Shown here piece after piece: positions 52,342 through 62,009 of a stretch of 64,000 nt of DNA. The position numbers and the translations under genes were made by a program. This DNA is from Candidatus Omnitrophota bacterium (GTDB taxonomy: Bacteria > Omnitrophota > Omnitrophia > Omnitrophales > Aquincolibacteriaceae). Within the stretch, counting starts at the first letter, position 1. Every line of letters starts with the position of its first letter. Where the stretch lies: assembly GCA_903856085.1 (NCBI GenBank), contig CAIOAT010000004.1, forward strand, positions 20,722 through 84,721. Reading direction: 5' to 3'. The notes beneath the pieces are model-generated. The model ran no database searches and was not told the DNA's origin. It saw only the letters and a program-made list of their open reading frames with translations.

Positions 52342-52406
52342 AAACGGGTAACGGGAAACGTTACGCGTAAAGGCTTTTTACTCTCCGTTCGGTGTTTCCC
52401 GTTTCC
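52342..52406. repeat. GC-rich intergenic repeat family, copy C (AAACGGGTAACGGGAAACG..GTGTTTCCCGTTTCC)
   Basis: Contains CGTTACCCGTT and CGTTTCCCGTT modules (reverse and forward). Immediately after the giant gene stop. Hairpin-forming. Confidence 0.4.
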
Positions 52407-52469
52407 TGAGGCCCTGGCGTCCTGTCGCTTGGGCTTGCAAGCTTTACATAGATTGATTAGTATCTTCGC

Positions 52470-53594
52470 ATGAGCGCTTCCGAAAAACCGTATCAGGCGA
52501 CGCATGAGATCGGGCGCGTCTACGACGCGATCACCGACAGCAAAGTCCTCGTAAATTTTTTTCTCACCACGGCGCTCCAGTTCATTCCCGCCGCGCAAAG
52601 CTATCTTTTTCTTGCGGCCAAGAACAAAACTCTTTTACTGGAGGTCTCGGTTCCCTTGACCGTGGAGGTCCCGTCCGATCTCGCCGCGGAGGCACAAAAA
52701 ATATTTGAAGACGGAAAACTCCGCGTGGGAAAAGGCCGGATGTTCCTTCCTTTGATTGCCCGGAACAGCGTTATGGGCGTCGCATGTCTTGAAAGAACGG
52801 CCGAGGCGCCGGGTTTTACCTCCCAGGAAGCCGAAATCGGATTTGATCTGGCTTCGGAATTTTCCGGCGCTCTCAAGAATATCCTCCTTTTTGAAGAGAA
52901 CATGAAAATGGAACGCTTGGCCGCGGTCGGGCAGGCGATGGGCATGGTGGTCCACGAGATCAGGAATATCATGCAACTCGCGCGTTTCTCAGACGAGATG
53001 ACTCGTATCGGGCTCAAGGAGAAGAATGAGAAATTTCTCACCACCGGTCTTTCAAAAATGACCAAGACGTTGAAGGAAATGGATGGGTTTATCGGGGAGA
53101 TGTTGAGTTTGACGAAAGATTATCAGCTGGAGCCCGAAAATGTAGACCTGTCAGCGATCCTGGAGGAATTACAAAGTGATCTCGCGGAACAGGCGCACAG
53201 ATATCGTATCAAGCTTGATTTTAAAACGGATCCTGGTTTTCCAGTGGTCGAAGGGGACGGGCGGTCTCTTTATCGCGCGCTTCTTAATCTCGTGAAAAAT
53301 GCTCTTGAAGCTTTCCAAGACAACAAAGATGCATGCATCAAGATCCGCGCCCGGATCAAGGATGATGAACATTACGAACTGATCGTTGAGGATAATGCCT
53401 CCGGGATGAGCGAAGAAGTGAGGGCTAAACTTTTCGAAGCGTTCTTTTCAACCAAAGGCAAGCGAGGGACGGGACTCGGATTGATGGTCGTGGCGCGCAC
53501 GGCCAAGATGCATCAAGGCAGCGTGAAGGTCGAAAGCCAGCTTGGGGTGGGTACAAAATTCATTCTGACTTTGCCGTGCATTTTCCGGGAGTAA
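52470..53594 (+). CDS. cytoplasmic GAF-domain sensor histidine kinase
   Basis: No TM. GAF-like N-terminal half. H-box VVHEIRN. HATPase G-boxes (EDNASGM, GTGLGLMV). Confidence 0.7.
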   Translation: MSASEKPYQATHEIGRVYDAITDSKVLVNFFLTTALQFIPAAQSYLFLAAKNKTLLLEVSVPLTVEVPSDLAAEAQKIFEDGKLRVGKGRMFLPLIARNSVMGVACLERTAEAPGFTSQEAEIGFDLASEFSGALKNILLFEENMKMERLAAVGQAMGMVVHEIRNIMQLARFSDEMTRIGLKEKNEKFLTTGLSKMTKTLKEMDGFIGEMLSLTKDYQLEPENVDLSAILEELQSDLAEQAHRYRIKLDFKTDPGFPVVEGDGRSLYRALLNLVKNALEAFQDNKDACIKIRARIKDDEHYELIVEDNASGMSEEVRAKLFEAFFSTKGKRGTGLGLMVVARTAKMHQGSVKVESQLGVGTKFILTLPCIFRE

Positions 53595-53604
53595 GACTGG
53601 AAAT

Positions 53605-53648
53605 CCAAAAAAGAGACAGGCATTCAATGACGGCCTGTCCTTTTTTAT
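53605..53648. terminator. bidirectional rho-independent terminator (A-run, GACAGGC..GCCTGTC, T-run)
   Basis: 7-bp perfect stem flanked by AAAAAA and CTTTTTTA, between the convergent histidine kinase (+) and PP2C (-) genes. Confidence 0.55.
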
Positions 53649-53654
53649 GTCTTG

Positions 53655-54974
53655 TCAGGGGATGACTACGGTGAGGGCGGTGATGTCATCGTGCTGGTCA
53701 GCGCCGGTCGTGAAATTACGAACTTCCTCAAAGATCCTCTCCGAATAAGCCGCAGCCGAATCCGCCTCTTTCTTCACGCATTCCGCGAGCCGCTCAATCG
53801 TGTATTCCTTGCCGTGTTTGTCTCGCGCCTCCACAACACCGTCCGTGTAAAGGAAGAGGGCATCGCCTGATTCCAGGTGGATCGTGTTAAGAAAGAAAGG
53901 CGTCTCCGGCATCAGTCCGAGCGGCGGGCTCTGAGCTCCTTTCAGACTCTCCGCTGTGCCGTCCGTGATTTTTCTTAAAAGGATCGGGAGATGACCTGCC
54001 GAGGAATACTGGACAGTGTTCATATTCTTGTCGATGAGAAGGCAGATGATGGTGAGGAACATTCCAAACGGGCTGTTCACGGAAAGGCGTTGGTTGAGGG
54101 CTGTCAGAAGTTCGGCCGGATCCTTGGCCTGGGGCGCGAGAAAACGGTATTCCGACATCGCGCGGACCATATAAAGCGCGGCCGGAACGCCTTTTCCGGA
54201 CACGTCGCCCAAGATGACGCCGATCCGATTTCCTTCGAGTGCGATCACGTCATAGAGATCGCCGCCTACATCAAAGGCCGGAAGCGAAAGAGCGCTCAGA
54301 TCGATCCCGAAATGCCGGCTCGTGAGATCGGGAAGAAAATTCTGCTGGATCTCATGGGCGATCTTCAGGGCCTGTTTGGTCTTTTCCTGTTTGACGATCT
54401 CACCGTGGAGCCGTGCGTTCTCGATGGCAATGGCCGCCTGGTCTGCGAAGGTCTCGAAAAGTTCCAGATCTTCCTGGCAGAACTTATCGCGTCCCCGAGG
54501 ATTGATGGCCTGTAGAACGCCAAGGATCTTGCCTTTGGCTTTCATGGGGACGCAGAGGATCGCTCTTGTGACGAAGCCCGTGGAATCGTCAAAGCGTTTG
54601 GCGAAGCGCGGGTCTTTTTGAGGATGATTCACGATCTCGGGTTTTCCGGACGCTGCGACCGAACCGGCGATACCTTCGCCCATCTTTACACGGAATTTTT
54701 CTTCCAAGGCCGCGCCTTTACCGCCCAGCGCTACCCGGAACACCAATTCGTTGGAGGTTTCATCGATCAGGAGCAGCGACGCGACTTCGGAGTGCATGAC
54801 CTCGGAGGATGTGTTCATGATGACCGCGAGGAGTTCGTTCAGTTTGAGCGTGGAGTTGAGGATTCCTGTGAGCGCGAGAACTTTCCGGAGATTTTCAATT
54901 GTCGGATCTCCGGGGATTTTTTTGTCAGAAGCTCTCCGGGTTTTTTCACGGCGAACTTTTGTCGTTTTTCTCAT
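53655..54974 (-). CDS. GAF domain-containing PP2C-type (SpoIIE/RsbU family) serine phosphatase
   Basis: GAF region in the N-terminal half. C-terminal PP2C motifs (GDLYDV, GDVSGKG, LYTDGVVEA, DDITALTV). Start lies 9 nt downstream of the DUF3307 stop. Confidence 0.75.
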   Translation of the reverse strand: MRKTTKVRREKTRRASDKKIPGDPTIENLRKVLALTGILNSTLKLNELLAVIMNTSSEVMHSEVASLLLIDETSNELVFRVALGGKGAALEEKFRVKMGEGIAGSVAASGKPEIVNHPQKDPRFAKRFDDSTGFVTRAILCVPMKAKGKILGVLQAINPRGRDKFCQEDLELFETFADQAAIAIENARLHGEIVKQEKTKQALKIAHEIQQNFLPDLTSRHFGIDLSALSLPAFDVGGDLYDVIALEGNRIGVILGDVSGKGVPAALYMVRAMSEYRFLAPQAKDPAELLTALNQRLSVNSPFGMFLTIICLLIDKNMNTVQYSSAGHLPILLRKITDGTAESLKGAQSPPLGLMPETPFFLNTIHLESGDALFLYTDGVVEARDKHGKEYTIERLAECVKKEADSAAAYSERIFEEVRNFTTGADQHDDITALTVVIP

Positions 54975-54983
54975 CGGAAGGCC

Positions 54984-55691
54984 TCAGAGAATCTTTTGGA
55001 ACAGCAGTGTGATCAAAAGAGCGTAGTCGAAGCTAAGAAGAAAAGCCGTCCAATCCCTCAGCCGTTTAAAAGGCAAGCGAAGGACGCCCACGCAGGGGAT
55101 AAGCAAAAGCGTGAAAAAGGGGCCTCCTGAAAGCAGGATCCAGGCCATGAGCGATCTTTCGAGGATCGCGTGCGCGATTTCCGGTGAGCTGATCAGGAAA
55201 AGAGGTGAACGCCCTTTCAAGAAACTTTTGGTGAAGGCGTTGAGGACATAGCTGCCCGCAAAGGTGAGTGTGATAAAAAAGATCGCTCCGAGGGTCCAAA
55301 AATTCGTCCGGTAAAGCATGTCGAGAAGGGTGGAATCCTGGAATCCGCGGATCTCGCGGCTGATCGGTAAAAGAAAGATCGCGCTAAGCACGAGCACATG
55401 ACAAAGCTGATCGGTCATAAAATAGACAAAAGTGTTTGCGGGTGTTTTTTGGGTGAAGGAATATTTGAGAAGGTCCTGCGTTAGATGAACGAGGACAATT
55501 CCGGTTACGAAGATCCAGATCACGGGTTCATTCAGGTAGGGATAAAGGAGCGCGAGCGAGACGACGCCATGGATCAGGACATGGGCTAGCTGCCCCAAGA
55601 AGCTCCGGACCTTCAGCTGATAAAGCTCCTCAAACTGAAGGATGAAGTCCGCGATCAGGTGTGCCAGGATAAGTTTTAAAAAAAGGAACAT
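54984..55691 (-). CDS. DUF3307 family membrane protein
   Basis: N-terminal LAHLIADFILQ signature of DUF3307. Multiple TM. Confidence 0.5.
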   Translation of the reverse strand: MFLFLKLILAHLIADFILQFEELYQLKVRSFLGQLAHVLIHGVVSLALLYPYLNEPVIWIFVTGIVLVHLTQDLLKYSFTQKTPANTFVYFMTDQLCHVLVLSAIFLLPISREIRGFQDSTLLDMLYRTNFWTLGAIFFITLTFAGSYVLNAFTKSFLKGRSPLFLISSPEIAHAILERSLMAWILLSGGPFFTLLLIPCVGVLRLPFKRLRDWTAFLLSFDYALLITLLFQKIL

Positions 55692-55757
55692 CGTTTGCCC
55701 TCTGTTTTTCCGGGGATTATTATGTCATTTTTCGCGTGCTTGAGAAGGATTTCTTTT

Positions 55758-56804
55758 TTAGGCGGCGAACCACTTTCTTTTAAACCCAAGCGAGACGGCA
55801 ACAAGGCTGACCAGGACCGGGACTTCCACCAAAGGCCCGATCACAGCCGCGAATGCGACCCTGGAGTGAATGCCAAACACCGCCACGGCTACCGCGATAG
55901 CAAGTTCGAAGTTGTTGCTCGCTGCTGTAAATGATAGCGTGGCAGACTGGCTGTAAGAAGCACCTATTTTTTTGCTCATAAAAAAAGAGAGGAGGAACAT
56001 TACGACAAAATAAATAAGAAGCGGGATCGCGATCCGGACGACATCCAACGGGATCTTCACGATGTATTCGCCTTTCATGGAGAACATAGCAACGATCGTG
56101 AAAAGCAAAGCGATGAGCGTGATGGGACTGATCGCCGGGATAAAGCGTGTTTCATACCAGATTTTGTCTTTGATCTTGAGCAAGACGAATCGCGTCAGCA
56201 TCCCCGCAAGAAATGGAATGCCGAGATAAATAAAAACACTGCGTGCAATCTGGCCCATTGTAATATTCACCGCAGTGCCTTGCAGCCCGAACCAGCGCGG
56301 TAGAATTGTGATAAAGACCCAGGCATATACAGAGAAAAACAAAACCTGGAAGATCGAGTTGAACGCCACAAGTCCCGCGCAATACTCCGTGTCTCCTTCG
56401 GCCAGATCGTTCCAGACAATGACCATCGCAATACAGCGGGCGAGACCGATCATGATCAGCCCGACCATGTATTCCGGATAGCCGCGCAGGAACGTGATCG
56501 CCAGCACAAACATCAGGATGGGGCCAATCACCCAGTTCTGAACTAAGGAAAGCAACAAGACTTTGGTGTTTTTGAACACATCACCGAGTTCTTCATACTT
56601 CACTTTGGCGAGAGGCGGATACATCATGAGGATAAGGCCGATGGCGATGGGGATATTGGTCGTGCCCACCTGAAATTTGTTCCAGAATCCCACAACCGGC
56701 GGATAGAGATACCCCGTCGCGACACCAATACCCATGCCGAGAAAGATCCAAAGCGTCAAGAACCGGTCCAGAAATGATAGTTGTTTCTTATGACACTCGC
56801 TCAT
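55758..56804 (-). CDS. acr3: arsenite efflux transporter, ACR3 family
   Basis: 348 aa, 10 TM, BASS-superfamily fold. Conserved Acr3 segments ([27 protein letters not shown] with the essential Cys). Confidence 0.8.
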   Translation of the reverse strand: MSECHKKQLSFLDRFLTLWIFLGMGIGVATGYLYPPVVGFWNKFQVGTTNIPIAIGLILMMYPPLAKVKYEELGDVFKNTKVLLLSLVQNWVIGPILMFVLAITFLRGYPEYMVGLIMIGLARCIAMVIVWNDLAEGDTEYCAGLVAFNSIFQVLFFSVYAWVFITILPRWFGLQGTAVNITMGQIARSVFIYLGIPFLAGMLTRFVLLKIKDKIWYETRFIPAISPITLIALLFTIVAMFSMKGEYIVKIPLDVVRIAIPLLIYFVVMFLLSFFMSKKIGASYSQSATLSFTAASNNFELAIAVAVAVFGIHSRVAFAAVIGPLVEVPVLVSLVAVSLGFKRKWFAA

Positions 56805-56818
56805 AGATCCCTCCTGAT

Positions 56819-57247
56819 TTATTCGAACCCTTTTTCAGCTGCAGATTTAAACTTTGCATGGATCATGTCCCTGACTTTCTGGAACTCTTGAATAACGCTT
56901 TCCGTGATCTCCCTGTCGTGCGGAGGATCTGGGAATTCCCAGTGTAAGCGTTTTGTATCGCCAGGAAAGAACGGACACGATTCCTTCGCGTTATCGCAAA
57001 CGGTAACGACATAGTCAAAGGTCTGTCCCTTGAACTCATCCACATGTTTCGAACGATGCCATGAAATGTCGACTCCGATCTCTTTCATAACCTGAATTGC
57101 TATCGGATTAACGGATGACGGTTTTGTTCCGGCGCTAAAAACCTCATACTGACTGCTTCCGTAATGACGGAGCACGCCTTCCGCCATCTGCGAACGGCAC
57201 GAGTTCCCGGTACAGAGAATCAGAACTTTCTTTTTTGCAGTTGTCAT
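56819..57247 (-). CDS. arsC: arsenate reductase (LMW-PTP / thioredoxin-coupled ArsC)
   Basis: P-loop [13 protein letters not shown] plus two downstream Cys. Start placed at MTTAKKK (ATG at 57247) rather than the ORF-track 57325, which overlaps arsP. Confidence 0.8.
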   Translation of the reverse strand: MTTAKKKVLILCTGNSCRSQMAEGVLRHYGSSQYEVFSAGTKPSSVNPIAIQVMKEIGVDISWHRSKHVDEFKGQTFDYVVTVCDNAKESCPFFPGDTKRLHWEFPDPPHDREITESVIQEFQKVRDMIHAKFKSAAEKGFE

Positions 57248-57254
57248 GGTTTCC

Positions 57255-58214
57255 TCACACAAGAACATGCTGCAGAAAGTTAAAAAGATACCCGGTAACA
57301 ATGATAGCAATCGTGGTAACGCCAAAAAAGATCGCGATGAGCGGAAGTTTTATCGCACGCCGGAGCATGATCGCTTCCGGTAAACTGAGCGCGGCTACCG
57401 CCATCATAAAACCAAGCGCCGTTCCAAGCGGCATGCCTTTCTGGAAAAGAACCACAGCTATCGGAACGATCCCTGCACAACTCCCGTACATCGGTACCCC
57501 GAGGATCACGGCGACGGGAACGGAAAAAAATCCCATGCTCCCGACAACGGACTGAATGGCTTCCTGCGGCACATAATTATGAATCACGGCTCCGATCCCA
57601 ACACCGGTCAGGACCCACCCCCAGATCTTCCGTGTGATAGAGCGGGATTCTTTCCACCCAAAACGGATCCGCTCGCGGAAAGATCCAAAAACCTTTCCAT
57701 CATCCAGACCTTTTCCGGTACTAATAAAATCCGATGTCAGGTAACGCTCTAAATGCATCCGGCCGAGAATGGTCCCCGAAACCGTCCCAATCAAAAGTCC
57801 GCTCACGACATAAAGTGCGGTGATCTTCCATCCGAAGAACCCGAGCATCAGCACAACCAGGTATTCATTGATAAGGGGTGAGGTGATTAAAAAAGAGAAT
57901 GAGATCCCGAGCGGAATCCCAGCCTCCAAAAACCCAAAAAAAATCGGGATCGAGGAACAAGAGCAAAAGGGCGTGACCGCTCCGAAAAGCGCGGCAAAAA
58001 AGTGCCCCACGCCTCCGCTCCGGATCATCCATTTTTTGATCTTCGCGTGCGGAAGATAGGTCCTAAGAACCCCGATCACCAGGATCATAGTGAAAAGGAG
58101 AAGCAAAATCTTCACCGAGTCATAGATGAAAAAGTGAATGACCGGGCCCAGCCCCTTTTCAGGATCAAGACGGAGGATGCCGTAGACGAGCGCGTCCGTG
58201 AACTTTAGCAGCAT
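57255..58214 (-). CDS. arsP: ArsP-like organoarsenical permease (DUF318 family)
   Basis: [10 protein letters not shown] motif characteristic of ArsP, with 8 or more TM. Sits in an ars-type operon. Confidence 0.65.
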   Translation of the reverse strand: MLLKFTDALVYGILRLDPEKGLGPVIHFFIYDSVKILLLLFTMILVIGVLRTYLPHAKIKKWMIRSGGVGHFFAALFGAVTPFCSCSSIPIFFGFLEAGIPLGISFSFLITSPLINEYLVVLMLGFFGWKITALYVVSGLLIGTVSGTILGRMHLERYLTSDFISTGKGLDDGKVFGSFRERIRFGWKESRSITRKIWGWVLTGVGIGAVIHNYVPQEAIQSVVGSMGFFSVPVAVILGVPMYGSCAGIVPIAVVLFQKGMPLGTALGFMMAVAALSLPEAIMLRRAIKLPLIAIFFGVTTIAIIVTGYLFNFLQHVLV

Positions 58215-58363
58215 GAAGACCCTTTCTTCGAATCTTTCGGAGCGCAGCAGCCCTTCTGTGCTTTCGTTTCCATTTTTTTATCGAGCTTCTCAATCAACTT
58301 CCCAAGCCATCCTTTTTTTACCGTCTTCTCTTCCTTGGCCCGGCTCTTTTCCATCAGATTCAT
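58205..58363 (-). CDS. unannotated small ORF (52 aa): Lys-rich peptide with two vicinal cysteine pairs (GCCAPK..SSCC), possible As(III)/metal chaperone
   Basis: Read from the reverse complement: [52 protein letters not shown]. Its ATG overlaps the DUF134 stop (ATGA) and its TAA overlaps the arsP ATG by 8 nt. It is below the 60-aa cut-off of the ORF track. Confidence 0.4.
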   Translation of the reverse strand: MNLMEKSRAKEEKTVKKGWLGKLIEKLDKKMETKAQKGCCAPKDSKKGSSCC

Positions 58364-58674
58364 CTCCTTTTTTTGGATTTCCTGGACTCAACTTCACAGC
58401 ATCCGCCCTCGACCTTAATAGATTTTATGTTTACCAGAGCATCCGCTACTTTTTTACACGCAGAAGTGATGATCCGTGAAAATGTAGGGCGAGAAATTCT
58501 CAGATGTTTAGCGGCCTCCTCTTGTTTCAGCCCCTCAAGGCAAGCAAGGCGCATAGCCTCAAACTCATCAAGACTTAGAGTCACGCCTTCAAGTTCTTTG
58601 GAGGTTTTACAAAGGGGACGGAAGCATCTTTCCCCTGGCAAGCATTTAACCCAGCGTGTTTTTTTGGGTCTCAC
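58360..58674 (-). CDS. DUF134 (UPF0251) family HTH protein, Cys-rich; candidate regulator of the ars operon
   Basis: 104 aa. N-terminal CLPGERCFRPLC. Sigma-70 region-4-like HTH LTQEEAAKHLRISRPTFSRI. C-terminal GGCCEVE. First gene of the operon. Confidence 0.6.
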   Translation of the reverse strand: MRPKKTRWVKCLPGERCFRPLCKTSKELEGVTLSLDEFEAMRLACLEGLKQEEAAKHLRISRPTFSRIITSACKKVADALVNIKSIKVEGGCCEVESRKSKKRR

Positions 58675-58689
58675 AAATCACCTCACGCG

Positions 58690-58709
58690 TTATGAACATA
58701 TGTTCATAA
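58690..58709. promoter_or_regulatory. perfect 20-bp palindrome TTATGAACATATGTTCATAA, candidate operator of the ars-type operon
   Basis: Lies 16 nt upstream of the DUF134 start codon on the minus strand. Perfect dyad symmetry. Confidence 0.45.
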
Positions 58710-59039
58710 TAGCTATTTGTCCGATCTTCGTCAAGAGGCGAAGGCTTTCGGACGTTTTCATGCTCTTCCGCGCAAGGTTCTTTGAAATTCATCCGACCGG
58801 GGTCATGAAATCCTGGAATAATAGGCGTCCCAAACGCGTAGAGCGGAAGGATCGAAAGACGTCGCGCCGTGAGCGAAACGACGAAAGGGAATCTTTTAAA
58901 GGTAATTCTTACCGTAAAAACGATCGCTCATTCGGCGCACCAAGCTCATACCACCATAGCCAGGTTCTGAGTGGAGAGCGGCGGGAAGTTGTGCTAATAT
59001 AAAACACATATTTTGAACTCTTATTCAAGGGGGTCGCAC

Positions 59040-59423
59040 ATGGGACAAAAAAGATCAATACTGCTTGTGGATGATGATGTGGATTCCAGTCAGATGGTGA
59101 AGATGATCCTTGAAAACACAGGACTTTACGCGGTGAGCATTTGTAATCGCGGGTGCGAGGCCTTTAAGATCATTCAGGATACGCGACCCGAACTGGTGCT
59201 TCTCGATGTTATGATGCCGGGTGCGGATGGTCCGGACATTGCGGAGAAAATCCAGCAAGACAAATCACTTGCGCTTACGCGGGTTGCTTTCATGACGTCG
59301 CTCGTTTCCCCGGCAGAAGCCCGTGAGAATTCGGTGATCGGGGGGCACCCTTTCATCTCCAAACCGGTCAGTCACGAAGTGCTTCTCAAGAGGGTCAAAG
59401 GATTTTTCGAAATTGGGAAGTGA
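59040..59423 (+). CDS. single-domain response regulator (receiver)
   Basis: LLVDDDVDS, D in LLDVMMPGADG, K in ISKP. Start chosen at the ATG after RBS aaggggg. The ORF-track start at 59013 is possible. Confidence 0.65.
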   Translation: MGQKRSILLVDDDVDSSQMVKMILENTGLYAVSICNRGCEAFKIIQDTRPELVLLDVMMPGADGPDIAEKIQQDKSLALTRVAFMTSLVSPAEARENSVIGGHPFISKPVSHEVLLKRVKGFFEIGK

Positions 59424-60417
59424 CCTTAAAAGTCCTGAGTCCCAATTCGCGCTCGAACTGATCCAGTTCGCTTCCGAACTGGCGACTCGCATTCGCATTG
59501 AAACCTCCGTTAAATCCATTATCAAACTCGATCATTCTCCCGTTACACTCGCCGACATGGGCATTCAGGCGATTGCTGGCGCACTTCTTGAACAGTATCT
59601 TCCCGAAGCAGTCCTTGTCGCCGAAGAGGATGCGGACTATCTTCGAACTCCGGAAGGCGCCGAAGATCTCGAAGAGATCACCGGCTATGTTCATTCTTTT
59701 TTTCCGCATGCGCGGCCGGACAGGGTTTGTCAGTGGATCGAACGAGGCCAAGGGAAACCCACAGACTCTTTTTGGACACTGGATCCGATCGACGGGACCA
59801 AAGGTTTTTTGCGCGGCGGCCAGTATGTGACCGCGCTGGCGTTTATTCAAAACGGAAAAGTGGAGTTGTCTGCGATCGGATGTCCCGAACTGGAACTTCA
59901 AGGTCACAAAGCCTTGGGGAAAGGTGTCGGGATCTTTGCGACCCGCGGCCGGGGTTGTTCTGCGGCCTCGCTGGACGATCTGGAAAATCCGAAAAAATGG
60001 GTCTGGTTAGAAGTTTCTAAATGCCGGGAGATTCGCCAGGCCCGCGTTTTGGATTCTTTTGACCCTGAACATAAGAATGTGGAAAAGAACCGGTATATCC
60101 GCGAGGTGTTGGGGACTCTGTCGGATCCGGTCTCTGTGGATAGCCTCGCCAAACATGTCATCATTGCTTCCGGCGGCGCGGAGATCTTTTTCAGGACACT
60201 TCCGAGCAGGGAACCGGGTCATCGGGAAAAGATATGGGATGTCGCGGCCGGCGCTTTGGCGATCGAGGAGGCGGGCGGCCGTGTGACGGACCTCGAAGGC
60301 CGGGAGCTTGATTTTGGCGCGGGGCTCACTCTTGCGAGGAACCCCGGGCTTGTGGCCACCAACGGTTTTTTGCACGAAACAGTTCTCGAGGCCCTCCAAA
60401 AGGTGACAAAGTCATGA
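59413..60417 (+). CDS. 3'(2'),5'-bisphosphate nucleotidase / inositol monophosphatase family (HAL2/SAL1-like PAP phosphatase)
   Basis: WTLDPIDGTKGFLRG motif and a downstream metal-binding WDVAAG-type motif. Confidence 0.6.
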   Translation: MGSDLKSPESQFALELIQFASELATRIRIETSVKSIIKLDHSPVTLADMGIQAIAGALLEQYLPEAVLVAEEDADYLRTPEGAEDLEEITGYVHSFFPHARPDRVCQWIERGQGKPTDSFWTLDPIDGTKGFLRGGQYVTALAFIQNGKVELSAIGCPELELQGHKALGKGVGIFATRGRGCSAASLDDLENPKKWVWLEVSKCREIRQARVLDSFDPEHKNVEKNRYIREVLGTLSDPVSVDSLAKHVIIASGGAEIFFRTLPSREPGHREKIWDVAAGALAIEEAGGRVTDLEGRELDFGAGLTLARNPGLVATNGFLHETVLEALQKVTKS

Positions 60418-60482
60418 AGCGCAGTCTCCACACGGGTCCATCATCGCTTTGCGGTCATCGGGGCAGTCCGCAAAAAAAATGG

Positions 60483-60938
60483 ATGACACTCGCGATACAA
60501 TCCGCCAAGGCGGGGATCCGGCGGTCAGAGGGGGGGCCCTTTGGGGCGGTGATCGTGTGTGGGAATCAACGGATTGCGATCGCGCATAACACCGTTCTTA
60601 AAGATCAAGACGCCACGTGTCACGCGGAGGTGAATGCCATCCGTCTTGCGTCCCGAAAACTTAAACGTTTCGATCTTTCGGATTGTAGGATCTATTCCAC
60701 CACCGAGCCATGTCCCATGTGTTTTTCTGCGATCCATTGGGCCCGGATCGCGATGGTGATCTTCGGGACGAGTATTGCGGATGTTCAAAAAAGAGGTTTC
60801 CATGAACTGTCCATCCCGAGCAAAAAAATGAAGCGTGAAGGCAAAAGCCCCGTCTCTCTTAGAGCCGGTTTTATGAAAAAAGAATGCCTGGCGTTACTTG
60901 CGGACTGGGACAGCCTGCCCCATAAAAAAACCTATTGA
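60483..60938 (+). CDS. guaD: guanine deaminase (CDA-fold, GuaD type)
   Basis: GGPFGAVIV, TCHAEV, EPCPMC zinc-binding motifs closely parallel B. subtilis GuaD. Start taken at MTLAIQ. The ORF-track start at 60414 overlaps the upstream gene by 4 nt. Confidence 0.6.
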   Translation: MTLAIQSAKAGIRRSEGGPFGAVIVCGNQRIAIAHNTVLKDQDATCHAEVNAIRLASRKLKRFDLSDCRIYSTTEPCPMCFSAIHWARIAMVIFGTSIADVQKRGFHELSIPSKKMKREGKSPVSLRAGFMKKECLALLADWDSLPHKKTY

Positions 60939-61007
60939 GCCACGCAGTCGACTTGTATCTTGCCGGCGTGAACCCATACACAACGAGAGCTTCAACGGAG
61001 TGAGGAT

Positions 61008-61928
61008 TTGATGAAGATTGTTATTGCTGGAGCCACAGGATTCATCGGGAGGGCGCTGACCGAAAAACTTTCCGCATCAGGTCATGAAGTCTTTGTCCTG
61101 ACGCGGGGCGTGCGGCAAAGGGTTCGCGAGAAGAACGGAAAAATTTTAGTTCCCTGGGATGGGAAGACTCCGGGGGATTGGGTCGCACAGCTTGACGGTG
61201 CGGATGCAGTGATTAATTTGGCGGGAGAGAATATCGCGTCAAAACGGTGGACGGCCGTGCGGAAACAGGAGATTCTTTCAAGCCGCGCGGAGACGACCCG
61301 ACTGATCGTGAACGCGATCGCTCAAGTGAAGAAAAAGCCGGAGATTTTGGTCAATGCCTCTGCGGTTGGATATTATGGAGATGTTCCTGAGGGGGTCTTG
61401 ACGGAGACGAGTGGTGCAGGGGATGGGTTTCTTTCGAAAACTTGCGGGCAATGGGAAACGGAGGCCCGTAAGGCGGAACTTTCCGGAACGCGCGTGGTTC
61501 TGGCCAGGCTCGGGCCCGTGCTCGGCGAAAAAGGCGGCATGCTTTCCAAAATGATTCCACCCTTCCGTTTTTTCATGGGGGCGCCGCTTGGCAGTGGACG
61601 GCAGTGGATTTCTTGGGTCCATCGCGACGATGTGACCGGGGCGTTTCTTTTTATGCTGGATCACGGAGATATCTCCGGCCCCGTCAATGTTACCGCCCCT
61701 GCTCCCGCGACCATGCAAGAATTTTGTTCTGCGTTGGCAAAAATCATGCGACGTCCATGCGGATTCCCCCTCCCGGGTTTTCTTCTCAAGATTTTGATGG
61801 GGGCGATGGCGGAGATCGTTCTTGCAAGTCAAAAGGCCCTGCCTGAAAAACTTCTGCGGGCGGGTTATCAATTCCGGTATTCGAGACTTCCCGAGGCGCT
61901 CGAGGCGATCCTGAAAAGAGGGAAATGA
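61008..61928 (+). CDS. TIGR01777/YfcH family NAD-dependent epimerase-like protein (DUF1731)
   Basis: IAGATGFIGRAL Rossmann motif. About 300 aa with YfcH-like conserved blocks (INLAGENIA, LGPVLG). Confidence 0.65.
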   Translation: MMKIVIAGATGFIGRALTEKLSASGHEVFVLTRGVRQRVREKNGKILVPWDGKTPGDWVAQLDGADAVINLAGENIASKRWTAVRKQEILSSRAETTRLIVNAIAQVKKKPEILVNASAVGYYGDVPEGVLTETSGAGDGFLSKTCGQWETEARKAELSGTRVVLARLGPVLGEKGGMLSKMIPPFRFFMGAPLGSGRQWISWVHRDDVTGAFLFMLDHGDISGPVNVTAPAPATMQEFCSALAKIMRRPCGFPLPGFLLKILMGAMAEIVLASQKALPEKLLRAGYQFRYSRLPEALEAILKRGK

Positions 61929-62009
61929 ATTATCAGTCGAACCCTAGTATTTTCATAAAAGGGCATGTATAATTCCCACAACTTTTATAAAAAATAATCA
62001 GAGAAAAAA

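Noticed and set aside
57248-57325. N-terminal 26-codon extension of arsC in the ORF track
   Set aside because: The extension is hydrophobic and overlaps the 3' end of arsP. The LMW-PTP fold begins at [19 protein letters not shown].
58373-59002. 209-aa plus-strand ORF covering the DUF134 gene and the upstream intergenic region; its tail (from about 58808) would encode a basic 65-aa peptide
   Set aside because: Its 5' two-thirds is antisense to DUF134. The remaining Arg/Lys-rich tail has no motif and only a weak RBS. It is kept only as a remote possibility of a small basic protein or leader.
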